A stretch of DNA of 64,000 bases from Eledone cirrhosa (Eukaryota), in the NCBI GenBank assembly GCA_964016885.1, contig OZ024740.1, forward strand, positions 30,132,001 through 30,196,000, given 5' to 3'. The translations under genes and the position numbers were made by a program. The notes under the pieces were generated by a model. That model saw nothing but the letters and a program-made list of their open reading frames with translations. It was not told the DNA's origin and did no database searches. This document shows, piece after piece, positions 15,001 to 28,339 of this stretch. Each line of letters starts with the position of its first letter. The first letter of the stretch is position 1.

Positions 15001-18000
15001 TATATAGTATTGTAGGTGCTGTATATATAGTATTGTAGGTGCTGTATATATAGTACTGTAGGTGTTGTATATTTAGTGTTGTATATATAGTAATGTAGGT
15101 GTTGTATATATAGTAATATAGGCGTTGTATATATAGTATCGTAGGTGTTGTATATATAGTATTGTAGGTGTTGTATATATAGTAATATAGGCGTTGTATA
15201 TATAGTATCGTAGGTGTTGTATATATAGTATTGTAGGTGTTGTATATATAGTATTATAGGCGTTGTATATATAGTACTGTAGGTGTTGTATATTTAGTGT
15301 TGTATATATAGTAATGTAGGTGTTGTATATATAGTATTGTAGGTGTTGTATATATAGTAATATAGGCGTTGTACATATAGTATCGTAGGTGTTGTATATA
15401 TAGTATTGTAGGTGTTGTATATATAGTAAAATAGGCGTTGTATATATAGTATCGTAGGTGTTGTATATATAGTATTGTAGGTGTTGTATATATAGTATTG
15501 TAGGTGTTGTATATATAGTATTATAGGCGTTGTATATATAGTATTGTAGGTGTTGTATATATAATACTGTAGGTGTTTTATATATAATATTGTAAGTGTT
15601 GTATATAGTATTGTAGGTGTTGTATATATAGTATTGTAGGTGTTGTATATATAGTATTGTAGGTGTTGTATATATAGTATTGTAGGTGTTGTATATATAG
15701 TACTGTAGGTGTTGTACATATAGTACTGTAGGTGTTATATATAGTATTGTAGGTGTGGTATATATAGTAATGTAGGCGTTGTATATATAGTATTGTAGGT
15801 GTTGTATATATGGTGTTGTATATATTGTATTGTAGGTGTTGTATATATAGTACTGTAGGTGTTGTATATATAGTACTGTAGGTGTTATATATAGTAATGT
15901 AGGTGTTGTATATATAGTATTGTAGGTGTTGTATATATAGTAATGAAGGTGTTGTATATATAGTACTGTAGGTGTTATATATATAGTATTGTAGGTGTTA
16001 TATATATAGTATTGTAGGTGTTGTATATATGGTATTGTAGGTGTGGTATATATAATAATGTAGGTGTTGTATATATAGTAATGTAGACGTCGTATATATA
16101 GTATTGTAGGTGTTGTATATATAGTATTGTAGGTGTTGTATATATAGTAATGTAGGCGTTGTATATATAGTATTGTAGGTGTTGTATATATGGTATTGTA
16201 GGTGTTGTATATATAGTACTGTAGGTGTTATATATATAGTATTGTAGGTGTTGTATATATAGTATTGTAGGTGTTGTATATATAGTAATGAAGGTGTTGT
16301 ATATATAGTACTGTAGGTGTTATATATATAGTATTGTAGGTGTTATATATATAGTATTGTAGGTGTTGTATATATAGTATTGTAGGTGTTGTATATATAG
16401 TACTGTAGGTGTTGTATATATAGTATTGTAGGTGTTGTATATATAGTATTGTAGGTGTTGTATATATAGTATTGTAGGTGTTGTATATATAGTAATGTAG
16501 GCGTTGTATATATAGTATTGTAGGTGTTGTATATATAGTATTGTAGGTATTGTATATATATAGTATTGTAGGTGGTGTATATATAGTAATGTAGGCGTTG
16601 TATATATAGTATTGCAGGTGTTGTATATATAGTATTGTAGGTGTTGTATATATAGTATTGTAGGCGTTGTATATATAGTATTGTAGGTGTTGTATATATA
16701 GTATTGTAGGTATTGTATATATATAGTAATGTAGGTGTTGTATATATATAGTAATGTAGGTGTTGCATATATATAGTATTGTAGGTGGTGTATATATAGT
16801 ATTGTAGGTATTGTATATATATAGTAATGTAGGTATTGTATATATATAGTATTGTAGGTGGTGTATATATAGTAATGTAGGCGTTGTATATATGGTACTG
16901 TAGGTGTTATATATAGTATTGTAGGTGTGGTATATATAGTAATGTAGGCGTTGTATAAATAGTATTGTAGGTGTTGTATATAAATAGTATTGTAGGTGTT
17001 GTATATATAGTAATGTCGGCGTTGTATATATAGTTTTCTAGGTGTTGTATATATAGTATTGTAGGTGTTGTATATATAGTAATGTAGGCGTTGTATATAT
17101 ATATATAGTACTGTAGGTGTTGTATATAGTATTGTAGGTGTTGTATATATAGTAATATAGGCGTTGTATATATAGTATCGTAGGTGTTGTATATACAGTA
17201 TTGTAGGTGTTGTATATATAGTAATGTAGGCGTTGTATATATAGTATCGTAGGTGTTGTATATATGGTATTGTAGGTGCTGTATATATAGTACTGTAGGT
17301 GTTGTATATAGTATTGTAGGTGTTATATATAGTATTGTAGGTGTTATATATAGTATTGTAGGTGTTATATATATAGTATTGTAGGTCTTATATATATAGT
17401 ATTGTAGGTCATATATATAGTATTGTAGGTGTTGTATATATAGTATTGTAGGTGTTGTATATATAGTAATGTAGGTGTTGTATATATAGTATTGTAGGTG
17501 CTGTATATATAGTACTGTAGTTGTTGTATATTTAGTGTTGTATATATAGTAATGTAGGTGTTGTATATATAGTATTATAGGCGTTGTATATATAGCATTG
17601 TAGGCGTTGTATATATATAGTATTGTAGGTGTTGTATATATAATACTGTAGGTGTTGTATATATAATATTGTAAGTGTTGTATATAGTATTGTAGGTGTT
17701 GTATATATAGTAATGTAGATGTTGTATATATAGTATTGTATGTGTTGTATATATAGTAATGTAGGTGTTATGTATATATAGTATTGTAGGTGTTGTATAT
17801 TTAGTGTTGTATATATAGTAATGTAGGTGTTATGTATATATAGTACTGTAGGTGTTGTATATTTAGTGGTGTATATATAGTATTGTAGGTGTTGTATATA
17901 TAGTATTATAGGCGTTGTATATATAGCATTGTAGGTGTTGTATATATAATACTGTAGGTGTTGTATATATATAGTATTGTAGGCGTTATATATATAGTAT

Positions 18001-21000
18001 TGTAGGTGTTGTATATATAGTATCGTAGGTGTTGTATATATAGTATTGTAGGTGTTGTATATATAGTATTTTAGGTGTTGTATATATAGTAATGTAGGCG
18101 ATGTATATATAGTATTGTAGGTGTTGTATATATAGTATTGTAGGTGTTGTATATATAGTATTGTAGGTGTTGTATATATAGTAATGTAGGCGTTGTATAT
18201 ATAGTATTGTAGGTGTTGTATATATAGTATTGTAGGTTTTGTATATATATAGTATTGTAGGTGGTGTATATATAGTAATGTAGGCGTTGTATATATAGTA
18301 ATGTAGTCGTTGTATATATAGTATTGCAGGTGTTGTATATATAGTAATATAGGCGTTGTATATATATAGTATTGTAGATGTTGTATATATAGTATTGTAG
18401 TTGTTGTATATATAGTACTGTAGGTGTTGTATATATAGTATTGTAGGTGTTGTATATATAGTATTGTAGGTGTTATATATATAGTATTGTAGGTCTTGTA
18501 TATATAGTATTGTAGGTGTTGTATATATATAGTATTGTAGGTGTTGTATATATATAGTACTGTAGGTGTTGTATATATGGTACTGTAGGTGTTATATATA
18601 GTATTGTAGGTGTGGTATATATAGTAATGTAGGTGTTGTATATATAGTAATGTAGGCGTTGTATATATAGTATTGTAGGTGTTGTATATATATAGTATTG
18701 TAGGTGTTGTATATATAGTAATGTAGGCGTTGTATATATAGTATTGTAGGTGTTGTATATATAGTAATGTAGGCGTTGTATATATATAGTACTGTAGGTG
18801 TTATATATAGTATTGTAGGTGTTGTATATATAGTAATATAGGCGTTGTATATATAGTATCGTAGGTGTTGTATATATAGTATCGTAGGTGTTGTATATAT
18901 AGTATTGTAGTTGTTGTATATATAGTACTGTAGGTGTTGTATATATAGTATTGTAGGTGCTGTATATATATAGTATTGTAGGTGTTATATATATAGTATT
19001 GTAGGTCTTATATATATAGTATTGTAGGTGTTGTATATATAGTATTGTAGGTGTTGTATATATAGTATTGTAGGTGTTGTATATATAGTAATGTGGGTGT
19101 TGTATATATAGTATTGTAGGTGCTGTATATATAGTATTGTAGGTGTTATATATATAGTAATGTAGGTGTTGTATATATAGTATTGTAGGTGCTGTATATA
19201 TAGTATTGTAGGTGCTGTATATATAGTACTGTAGGTGTTGTATATTTAGTGTTGTATATATAGTAATGTAGGTGTTGTATATATAGTAATATAGGCGTTG
19301 TATATATCGTATCGTAGGTGTTGTATATATAGTATTGTAGGTGTTGTATATATAGTAATATGGGCGTTGTATATATAGTATCGTAGGTGTTGTATATATA
19401 GTATTGTAGGTGTTGTATATATAGTATTATAGGCGTTGTATATATAGTACTGTAGGTGTTGTATATTTAGTGTTGTATATATAGTAATGTAGGTGTTGTA
19501 TATATAGTATTGTAGGTGTTGTATATATAGTAATATAGGCGTTGTATATATAGTATCGTAGGTGTTGTATATATAGTATTGTAGGTGTTGTATATATAGT
19601 AATATAGGCGTTGTATATATAGTATCGTAGGTGTTGTGTATATAGTATTGTAGGTGTTGTATATATAGTATTGTAGGTGTTGTATATATAGTATTATAGG
19701 CGTTGTATATATAGTATTGTAGGTGTTGTATATATAATACTGTAGGTGTTTTATATATAATATTGTAAGTGTTGTATATAGTATTGTAGGTGTTGTATAT
19801 ATAGTATTGTAGGTGTTGTATATATATAGTATTGTGGGTGTTGTATATATAGTAATGTAGGTGTTGTATATATAGTATTGTAGGTGTTGTATATATAGTA
19901 TTGTAGGTGTTGTATATATAGTATTGTAGGTGTTGTATATATATTATTGTAAGTGTTGTATATATAGTATTGTAGGTGTTGTATATATAGTACTGTAGGT
20001 GTTGTATATATAGTATTGTAGGTGTTGTATATATATTATTGTAGGTGTTGTATATATAGTATTGTAGGTGTTGTATATATAGTACTGTAGGTGTTGTATA
20101 TATAGTATTGTAGGTGTTGTATATATAGTATTGTAGGTGTTGTATATATAGTATTGTAGGTGTTGTATATATTTTATTGTAAGTGTTGTATATATAGTAT
20201 TGTAGGTGTTGTATATATAGTATTGTAGGTGTTGTATATATAGTACTGTAGGTGTTATATATAGTATTGTAGGTGTTATATATAATATTGTAGGTGTGGT
20301 ATATATAGTATTGTAGGTGTTGTATATATAGTATTGTAGGTGTTGTATATATAGTATTGTAGGTGTTGTATATATTTTATTGTAAGTGTTGTATATATTT
20401 TATTGTAAGTGTTGTATATATAGTATTGTAGGTGTTGTATATATTTTATTGTAAGTGTTGTATATATTTTATTGTAAGTGTTGTATATATAGTATTGTAG
20501 GTGTTGTATATATAGTATTGTAGGTGTTGTATATATAGTATTGTAGGTGTTGTATATATATTATTGTAGGTGTTGTATATATTTTATTGTAAGTGTTGTA
20601 TATATAGTATTGTAAGTGTTGTATATATAGTATTGTAGGTGTTGTATATATAGTATTGTAGGTGTTGTATATATAGTATTGTAGGTGTTGTATATATATT
20701 ATTGTAGGTGTTGTATATATTTTATTGTAAGTGTTGTATATATTTTATTGTAAGTGTTGTATATATAGTATTGTAGGTGTTGTATATATAGTATTGTAGG
20801 TGTTGTATATATAGTATTGTAGGTGTTGTATATATAGTATTGTAGGTGTTGTATATATAGTATTGTAGGTGTTGTATATATTTTATTGTAAGTGTTGTAT
20901 ATATTTTATTGTAAGTGTTGTATATATAGTATTGTAGGTGTTGTATATATAGTATTGTAGGTGTTGTATATATATTATTGTAGGTGTTGTATATATTTTA

Positions 21001-24000
21001 TTGTAAGTGTTGTATATATAGTATTGTAGGTGTTGTATATATTGTAATGTTGGTGTTGTATTTATAGTATTGTAGGTGTTGTATATATTGTAATGTTGGT
21101 GTTGTATTTATAGTATTGTAGGTGTTGTATATATAGTATTGTAGGTGTTGTATATATAGTACTGTAGGTGTTGTATATATAGTACTGTAGGTGTTGTATA
21201 TATAGTAATGTAGGTGTTGTATATATAGTAATGTAGGCGTTATATATATAGTATCGTAGGTGTTGTATATATAGTATTGTAGGTGTTGTATATATAGTAA
21301 TGTAGGCGTTGTATATATAGTTTTCTAGGTGTTGTATATATAGTATTGTAGGTGTTGTATATATAGTAATGTAGGCGTTGTATATATATATAGTACTGTA
21401 GGTGTTGTATATAGTACTGTAGGTGTTGTATATAGTATTGTAGGTGTTGTATATATAGTAATATAGGCGTTGTATATATAGTATCGTAGGTGTTGTATAT
21501 ATAGTATTGTAGGTGTTGTATATATAGTAATGTAGGCGTTGTATATATATAGTACTGTAGGTGTTGTATATAGTATTGTAGGTGTTGTATATATAGTAAT
21601 ATAGGCGTTGCATATATAGTATCGTAGGTGTTGTATATATAGTATTGTAGTTGTTGTATATAGTATTGTAGGTGTTATATATAGTATTGTAGGTGTTATA
21701 TATAGTATTGTCGGTGTTATATATATAGTATTGTAGGTCTTATATATATAGTATTGTAGGTGTTGTATATATAGTATTGTAGGTGTTGTATATATAGTAT
21801 TGTAGGTGTTGTATATATAGTAATGTAGGTGTTGTATATATAGTATTGTAGGTGCTGTATATATAGTACTGTAGGTGTTGTATATTTAGTGTTGTATATA
21901 TAGTAATGTAGGTGTTGTATATATAGTATTATAGGCGTTGTATATATAGCATTGTAGGCGTTGTATATATATAGTATTGTAGGTGTTGTATATATAATAC
22001 TGTAGGTGTTGTATATATAATATTGTAAGTGTTGTATATAGTATTGTAGGTGTTGTATATATAGTAATGTAGATGTTGTATATATAGTATTGTATGTGTT
22101 GTATATATAGTAATGTAGGTGTTATGTATATATAGTATTGTAGGTGTTGTATATTTAGTGTTGTATATATAGTAATGTAGGTGTTATGTATATATAGTAC
22201 TGTAGGTGTTGTATATTTAGTGGTGTATATATAGTATTGTAGGTGTTGTATATATAGTATTATAGGCGTTGTATATATAGCATTGTAGGTGTTGTATATA
22301 TAATACTGTAGGTGTTGTATATATATAGTATTGTAGGCGTTATATATATAGTATTGTAGGTGTTGTATATATAGTATCGTAGGTGTTGTATATATAGTAT
22401 TGTAGGTGTTGTATATATAGTATTTTAGGTGTTGTATATATAGTAATGTAGGCGTTGTATATATAGTATTGTAGGTGTTGTATATATAGTATTGTAGGTG
22501 TTGTATATATAGTATTGTAGGTGTTGTATATATAGTAATGTAGGCGTTGTATATATAGTATTGTAGGTGTTGTATATATAGTATTGTAGGTATTGTATAT
22601 ATATAGTATTGTAGGTGGTGTATATATAGTAATGTAGGCGTTGTATATATAGTAATGTAGGCGTTGTATATATAGTATTGCAGGTGTTGTATATATAGTA
22701 ATATAGGCGTTGTATATATATAGTATTGTAGATGTTGTATATATAGTATTGTAGATGTTGTATATATAGTATTGTAGTTGTTGTATATATATAGTACTGT
22801 AGGTGTTGTATATATAGTATTGTAGGTGTTGTATATATAGTATTGTAGGTGTTATATATATAGTATTGTAGGTGTTGTATATATAGTATTGTAGGTGTTG
22901 TATATATATAGTATTGTAGGTGTTGTATATATATAGTACTGTAGGTGTTGTATATATGGTACTGTAGGTGTTATATATAGTATTGTAGGTGTGGTATATA
23001 TAGTAATGTAGGTGTTGTATATATAGTAATGTAGGCGTTGTATATATAGTATTGTAGGTGTTGTATATATATAGTATTGTAGGTGTTGTATATATAGTAA
23101 TGTAGGCGTTGTATATATAGTATTGTAGGTGTTGTATATATAGTAATGTAGGCGTTGTATATATATAGTACTGTAGGTGTTATATATAGTATTGTAGGTG
23201 TTGTATATATAGTAATATAGGCGTTGTATATATAGTATCGTAGGTGTTGTATATATAGTATTGTAGTTGTTGTATATATAGTACTGTAGGTGTTGTATAT
23301 ATAGTATTGTAGGTGCTGTATATATATAGTATTGTAGGTGTTATAAATATAGTATTGTAGGTCTTATATATATAGTATTGTAGGTGTTGTATATATAGTA
23401 TTGTAGGTGTTGTATATATAGTATTGTAGGTGTTGTATATATAGTAATGTGGGTGTTGTATATATAGTATTGTAGGTGCTGTATATATAGTATTGTAGGT
23501 GTTATATATATAGTATTGTAGGTCTTATATATATAGTATTGTAGGTGTTGTATATATAGTATTGTAGGTGTTGTATATATAGTAATGTAGGTGTTGTATA
23601 TATAGTATTGTAGGTGCTGTATATATAGTACTGTAGGTGTTGTATATTTAGTGTTGTATATATAGTAATGTAGGTGTTGTATATATAGTAATATAGGCGT
23701 TGTATATATAGTAATATGCGCGTTGTATATATAGTATCGTAGGTGTTGTATATATAGTATTGTAGGTGTTGTATATATAGTATTATAGGCGTTGTATATA
23801 TAGTACTGTAGGTGTTGTATATTTAGTGTTGTATATATAGTAATGTAGGTGTTGTATATATAGTATTGTAGGTGTTGTATATATAGTAATATAGGCGTTG
23901 TATATATAGTATCGTAGGTGTTGTATATATAGTATTGTAGGTGTTTTATATATAGTAATATAGGCGTTGTATATATAGTATCGTAGGTGTTGTATATATA

Positions 24001-25776
24001 GTATTGTAGGTGTTGTATATATAGTATTGTAGGTGTTGTATATATAGTATTATAGGCGTTGTATATATAGTATTGTAGGTGTTGTATATATAATACTGTA
24101 GGTGTTTTATATATAATATTGTAAGTGTTGTATATAGTATTGTAGGTGTTGTATATATAGTATTGTAGGTGTTGTATATATAGTATTGTGGGTGTTGTAT
24201 ATATAGTATTGTAGGTGTTGTATATATAGTACTGTAGGTGTTGTATATATAGTATTGTAGGTGTTGTATATATAGTATTGTAGGTGTTGTATATATATTA
24301 TTGTAAGTGTTGTATATATAGTATTGTAGGTGTTGTATATATAGTACTGTAGGTGTTGTATATATAGTATTGTAGGTGTTGTATATATATTATTGTAGGT
24401 GTTGTATATATAGTATTGTAGGTGTTGTATATATAGTACTGTAGGTGTTGTATATATAGTATTGTAGGTGTTGTATATATAGTATTGTAGGTGTTGTATA
24501 TATAGTATTGTAGGTGTTGTATATATAGTACTGTAGGTGTTATATATAGTATTGTAGGTGTTATATATAATATTGTAGGTGTGGTATATATAGTATTGTA
24601 GGTGTTGTATATATAGTATTGTAGGTGTTGTATATATAGTATTGTAGGTGTTGTATATATTTTATTGTAAGTGTTGTATATATTTTATTGTAAGTGTTGT
24701 ATATATAGTATTGTAGGTGTTGTATATATAGTATTGTAGGTGTTGTATATATAGTATTGTAGGTGTTGTATATATTTTATTGTAAGTGTTGTATATATTT
24801 TATTGTAAGTGTTGTATATATAGTATTGTAGGTGTTGTATATATAGTATTGTAGGTGTTGTATATATTTTATTGTAAGTGTTGTATATATAGTATTGTAG
24901 GTGTTGTATATATAGTATTGTAGGTGTTGTATATATAGTATTGTAGGTGTTGTATATATAGTATTGTAGGTGTTGTATATATATTATTGTAGGTGTTGTA
25001 TATATTTTATTGTAAGTGTTGTATATATTTTATTGTAAGTGTTGTATATATAGTATTGTAAGTGTTGTATATATAGTATTGTAGGTGTTGTATATATAGT
25101 ATTGTAGGTGTTGTATATATAGTATTGTAGGTGTTGTATATATTTTATTGTAAGTGTTGTATATATAGTATTGTAGGTGTTGTATATATAGTATTGTAGG
25201 TGTTGTATATATAGTATTGTAGGTGTTGTATATATATTATTGTAGGTGTTGTATATATTTTATTGTAAGTGTTGTATATATTTTATTGTAAGTGTTGTAT
25301 ATATAGTATTGTAGGTGTTGTATATATTGTAATGTTGGTGTTGTATTTATAGTATTGTAGGTGTTGTATATATTGTAATGTTGGTGTTGTATTTATAGTA
25401 TTGTAGGTGTTGTATATATAGTACTGTAGGTGTTGTATATATAGTACTGTAGGTGTTGTATATATAGTAATGTAGGTGTTGTATATATAGTAATGTAGGT
25501 GTTGTATATATAGTAATGTAGGCGTTATATATATAGTATCGTAGGTGTTGTATATATAGTATTGTAGGTGTTGTATATATAGTACTGTAGGTGTTATATA
25601 TAGTATTGTAGGTGTTATATATATAGTATTGTAGGTGTTGTATATATAGTAAGGTAGGCGTTATATATATATATATAGTATTGTAGGTGTTGTATATATA
25701 GTAAGGTAGGCGTTATATATATATATATATAGTATTGTAGGTGTTGTATATATAGTAAGGTAGGCGTTATATATAT
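1..25776. repeat. 23-bp tandem satellite, consensus GTATATATAGTATTGTAGGTGTT, roughly 1100 units, running off the left edge
   Basis: The unit repeats continuously with a 23-nt period; the minus-strand ORFs repeat every 23 aa, i.e. 3 units. Recurrent variants include AATGTAGGCG, ACTGTAGG, AAGGTGGGCG and TTTTATTGTAAG. The array ends at ...GGCGTTATATATATTCC near 25776. Confidence 0.98.
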
Positions 25777-25862
25777 TCCAAATGGTGCTGGTCATAGAAA
25801 AAATGGAAACTGATGTCAGTAACGACATTGTGTTATTGGTTCATATAATAGTGATGTTAATG

Positions 25863-26046
25863 TTGGTGGATTGGCAGTATCGGTAGAGGGTCAGACACCA
25901 TGCTTTCCAGCACAGTTACGTCCCTTTACGATCTGAGTTCAAATCCCGCCGAGGTTGACTTTGCCTTTCATCCTTACGGGGTCGATAAAATAAAGTACCA
26001 GTAATGCACTGGGTTATTGCTGGCCTTTTGCCTAAAGTAGAAACAG
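25863..26046 (+). mobile_element. tRNA-derived SINE (octopus-type)
   Basis: A-box-like TGGCAGTATCGG, B-box GAGTTCAAATCC, then GCCGAGGTTGACTTTGCCTTTCATCCTTACGGGGTCGATAAAATAAAGTACCAGT. A homologous copy lies on the minus strand at 54741-54882. The family assignment is from memory. Confidence 0.8.
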
Positions 26047-26559
26047 TTAATGTTATTATATTAGTGATGCTGTTGATGATAATGATGTTAGTTTCCTAGG
26101 AAGATAGAGATGTGCTTTCTCTCTTATTTCCCCCTCTTTCTTTATGCATCTATCAATAATTTTTCTCTCACGCTCCTCCCCACTTTGTTTTATCTACCAA
26201 CACATACCTCTTTACCTATATATACACATATATATGCATGTGTGCGTGTGTGTGTGTGTGTGTGCGTGCGTGTGTGTATGTATGTGTGTGTACTTACCTA
26301 TTTGCCTATATATATTCATATATATATATATATAATTGAAAAAGTGAAGAATAACATGGTCAAGAGTACAAAAAAGGGTTTTATTTACCGTCTGACATTT
26401 GTTTCACTGATTAAGTTGTCTAAAAATTGCTGAACACTAGAAGCAGTGCCAGTCAATTTCAAATACGTTGTTAGCTTACAACACCGTACGCTAAAACTAT
26501 CCATAATACGAAGTAATCATAATCTCTAACTGGATTACCTATAACGATATTTTGTTATC

Positions 26560-26598
<39 letters not shown>

Positions 26599-26602
<4 letters not shown>

Positions 26603-26790
26603 AACGAGTAGGAACCCGACGGTTGAGCTCAAGCCGTTTCGACGCCTAATTCTAGTCCAGAATTAGCCGTCGAAACGGCTTGAGCTCAGCCGTCGGGTTC
26701 CTAGTCGTTCCTATTACCCACTCTACTATCCTAAGTATTGAGTACTTTGGTGCGTTATGGTCCACCTGGTTCCTTACCACATTTCCTTCG

Positions 26791-26793
<3 letters not shown>
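26599..26793 (+). mobile_element. Micro Penelope-like insertion: 55-bp inverted arms, 5-nt loop and 80-nt tail, inside (TA)n
   Basis: 26599-26653 is the near-perfect reverse complement of 26659-26713. The tail TTACCCACTCTAC...CATTTCCTTCGTTA is shared with the copies at 41724 and 55263. Contains a hammerhead 3' half: GAAA-CGGCT-TGAGCTC-AGCCG-TC. Confidence 0.75.
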
Positions 26794-26841
<48 letters not shown>

Positions 26842-26922
26842 GATAAGCAGAACAAGTAAAATTCAACCAATTTTTTCAAATAAATTAAAAAATATAATAT
26901 AAATATTTACCTCTTCTAATGG

Positions 26923-27001
26923 CCCTTACTGATCAGTTTCGCTTTGTAAAACCCCAGAAATTCGATGGATATCTGATGGAAAACCAAAGCTCATCAGAGA
27001 A
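26923..27001 (-). ncRNA. Type I hammerhead ribozyme motif with long stem II
   Basis: Minus strand reads TTCT-CTGATGA-GCTTTG...CAAAGC-GAAA-CTGATCAG-TA-AGGG. Intact core, 6-bp stem II base, palindromic stem III ACTGATCAGT, GUA site, stem I with G-U pairs. Confidence 0.8.
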
Positions 27002-27621
27002 GCATTTTCCTGTCCTAGGGCTAAAAGACCCAGGAACGATAAAATATATGACCTCCTGCCAGCTAATACAGGTCTGAAAGGTTGTAAAAGTGACCCGTAT
27101 GTAAACCGGTCCGAAGTAAAAGCGGGAAACCACAGACTTGCTGTCTATAATTACTACTAAAAAAAAATAGCAGCTAATTAGAACAACAGATTTGTTCTCT
27201 ACATAACGGAGCATAATGAATGAAGTTAATATGTCCAAGGATACTAAGTACCCCTATATATATATATATGAATTAAAAATGACATGTACAACTGTCTCGT
27301 GTTTCCATTCTCTATTGGTATGTTTTTCTTTTCTTTTTTGTTGTTCCCTTTGTTATCGTCTGTTCTTTGGGGGGGGGGGGTTCTTTTTGTTTTTTTGTTT
27401 GTTTGTTTTTTTGTTTGCTTTTGTTTTTTTTTGTTTTTTTGTTTTTTTTGTTTTTTTGTTTTTCTCCTGGATAACTATTCCTCTTAGTTATTAACGCACT
27501 GTGGTGAGATGTACTGTCTTTAATGCGTTCGAAACATCAGCGACCCACTGAAGACAGCCAATGAGCTGGAATTATCCTCATGTTTGTGTTTCTCGTATGT
27601 TTTCTAAATAATATATATATA

Positions 27622-27662
<41 letters not shown>

Positions 27663-27793
27663 TAGATAGATAGATAGATAGATACATATATATATATATA
27701 TGTCAACATGAATGGACCTGTTATTTTTATCTAAAGACATGTTTTCCAATTCCATCCCGCCTTTCCCCTCAATCTATTTTATTTCTCATTCTT

Positions 27794-27829
27794 TCTTCTG
27801 GTGAAGGACTAGCGTCCGAAACGTTAAGA
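27794..27829 (+). ncRNA. Minimal type I hammerhead motif with one core substitution
   Basis: TCTT-CTGGTGA-A-GGAC-TAGC-GTCC-GAAA-CG-TT-AAGA. Stems I and II pair perfectly and stem III is palindromic ACGT, but the core is CTGGTGA rather than CTGATGA. Lies in a short (TA)n-flanked segment at 27702-27915. Confidence 0.65.
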
Positions 27830-28339
27830 CCCTCCTCCTGCTATATCAAGCGTTAACCTAATATATCCCTTCCATATACTGTACCGATTGTGTTGTTATT
27901 TCTGTTTACCTTTTACATATATATATATATATAGTATACAAGGATCGGAATTAAGAGTATTCCGCAGTTCACAGTAATAATAATATTAGCTCAAAGAAGA
28001 ATAGAGAATTTTGAGCTCAAATACAAATATATTATACAGAGAAAAGTGTGTTACACAGATATAGATAGATAGATATATTTCTTTTATTTGCCACTAGGGC
28101 ATCAAAAGTGGGACAAGTACAAAGGGGGAAGTTTACACAAGAAGGCGTCCTCAATAAGGAGAAGACAATAACAAAATATAAAAATAAAATAAGATATAAC
28201 AAAAAATAAAATTTTTAACAAAATCCTCAATAGAGAGGAGGCGCCTTGGGGGGTCGCACACACCCCCGAAAAAAGTGTGCAACCCTTCTCCTCAGGAGCA
28301 CAGAGAAGGGGTGCTCCCTTGGTCTTTCATCTTCCTCAC

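Noticed and set aside
1972-21613. Y/I/T/Q-rich minus-strand ORFs in the satellite
   Set aside because: They are translations of the 23-bp unit, whose consensus lacks stop codons on that strand. There is no protein-like complexity.
1-25776. CRISPR-like or telomeric array
   Set aside because: There are no unique spacers, the unit is not a TTAGGG-type repeat, and the context is eukaryotic satellite.
26599-26793. Classical MITE with terminal inverted repeats
   Set aside because: The inverted repeat is not terminal, because an 80-nt tail lies outside it, and the junctions differ between copies.
27460-27590. Complete hammerhead around TGCGTTCGAAACATC and CTGAAGACAGC
   Set aside because: The core halves are in the wrong order or mutated and stem I cannot be formed. 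Kept only as a weak hint in the cassette finding.
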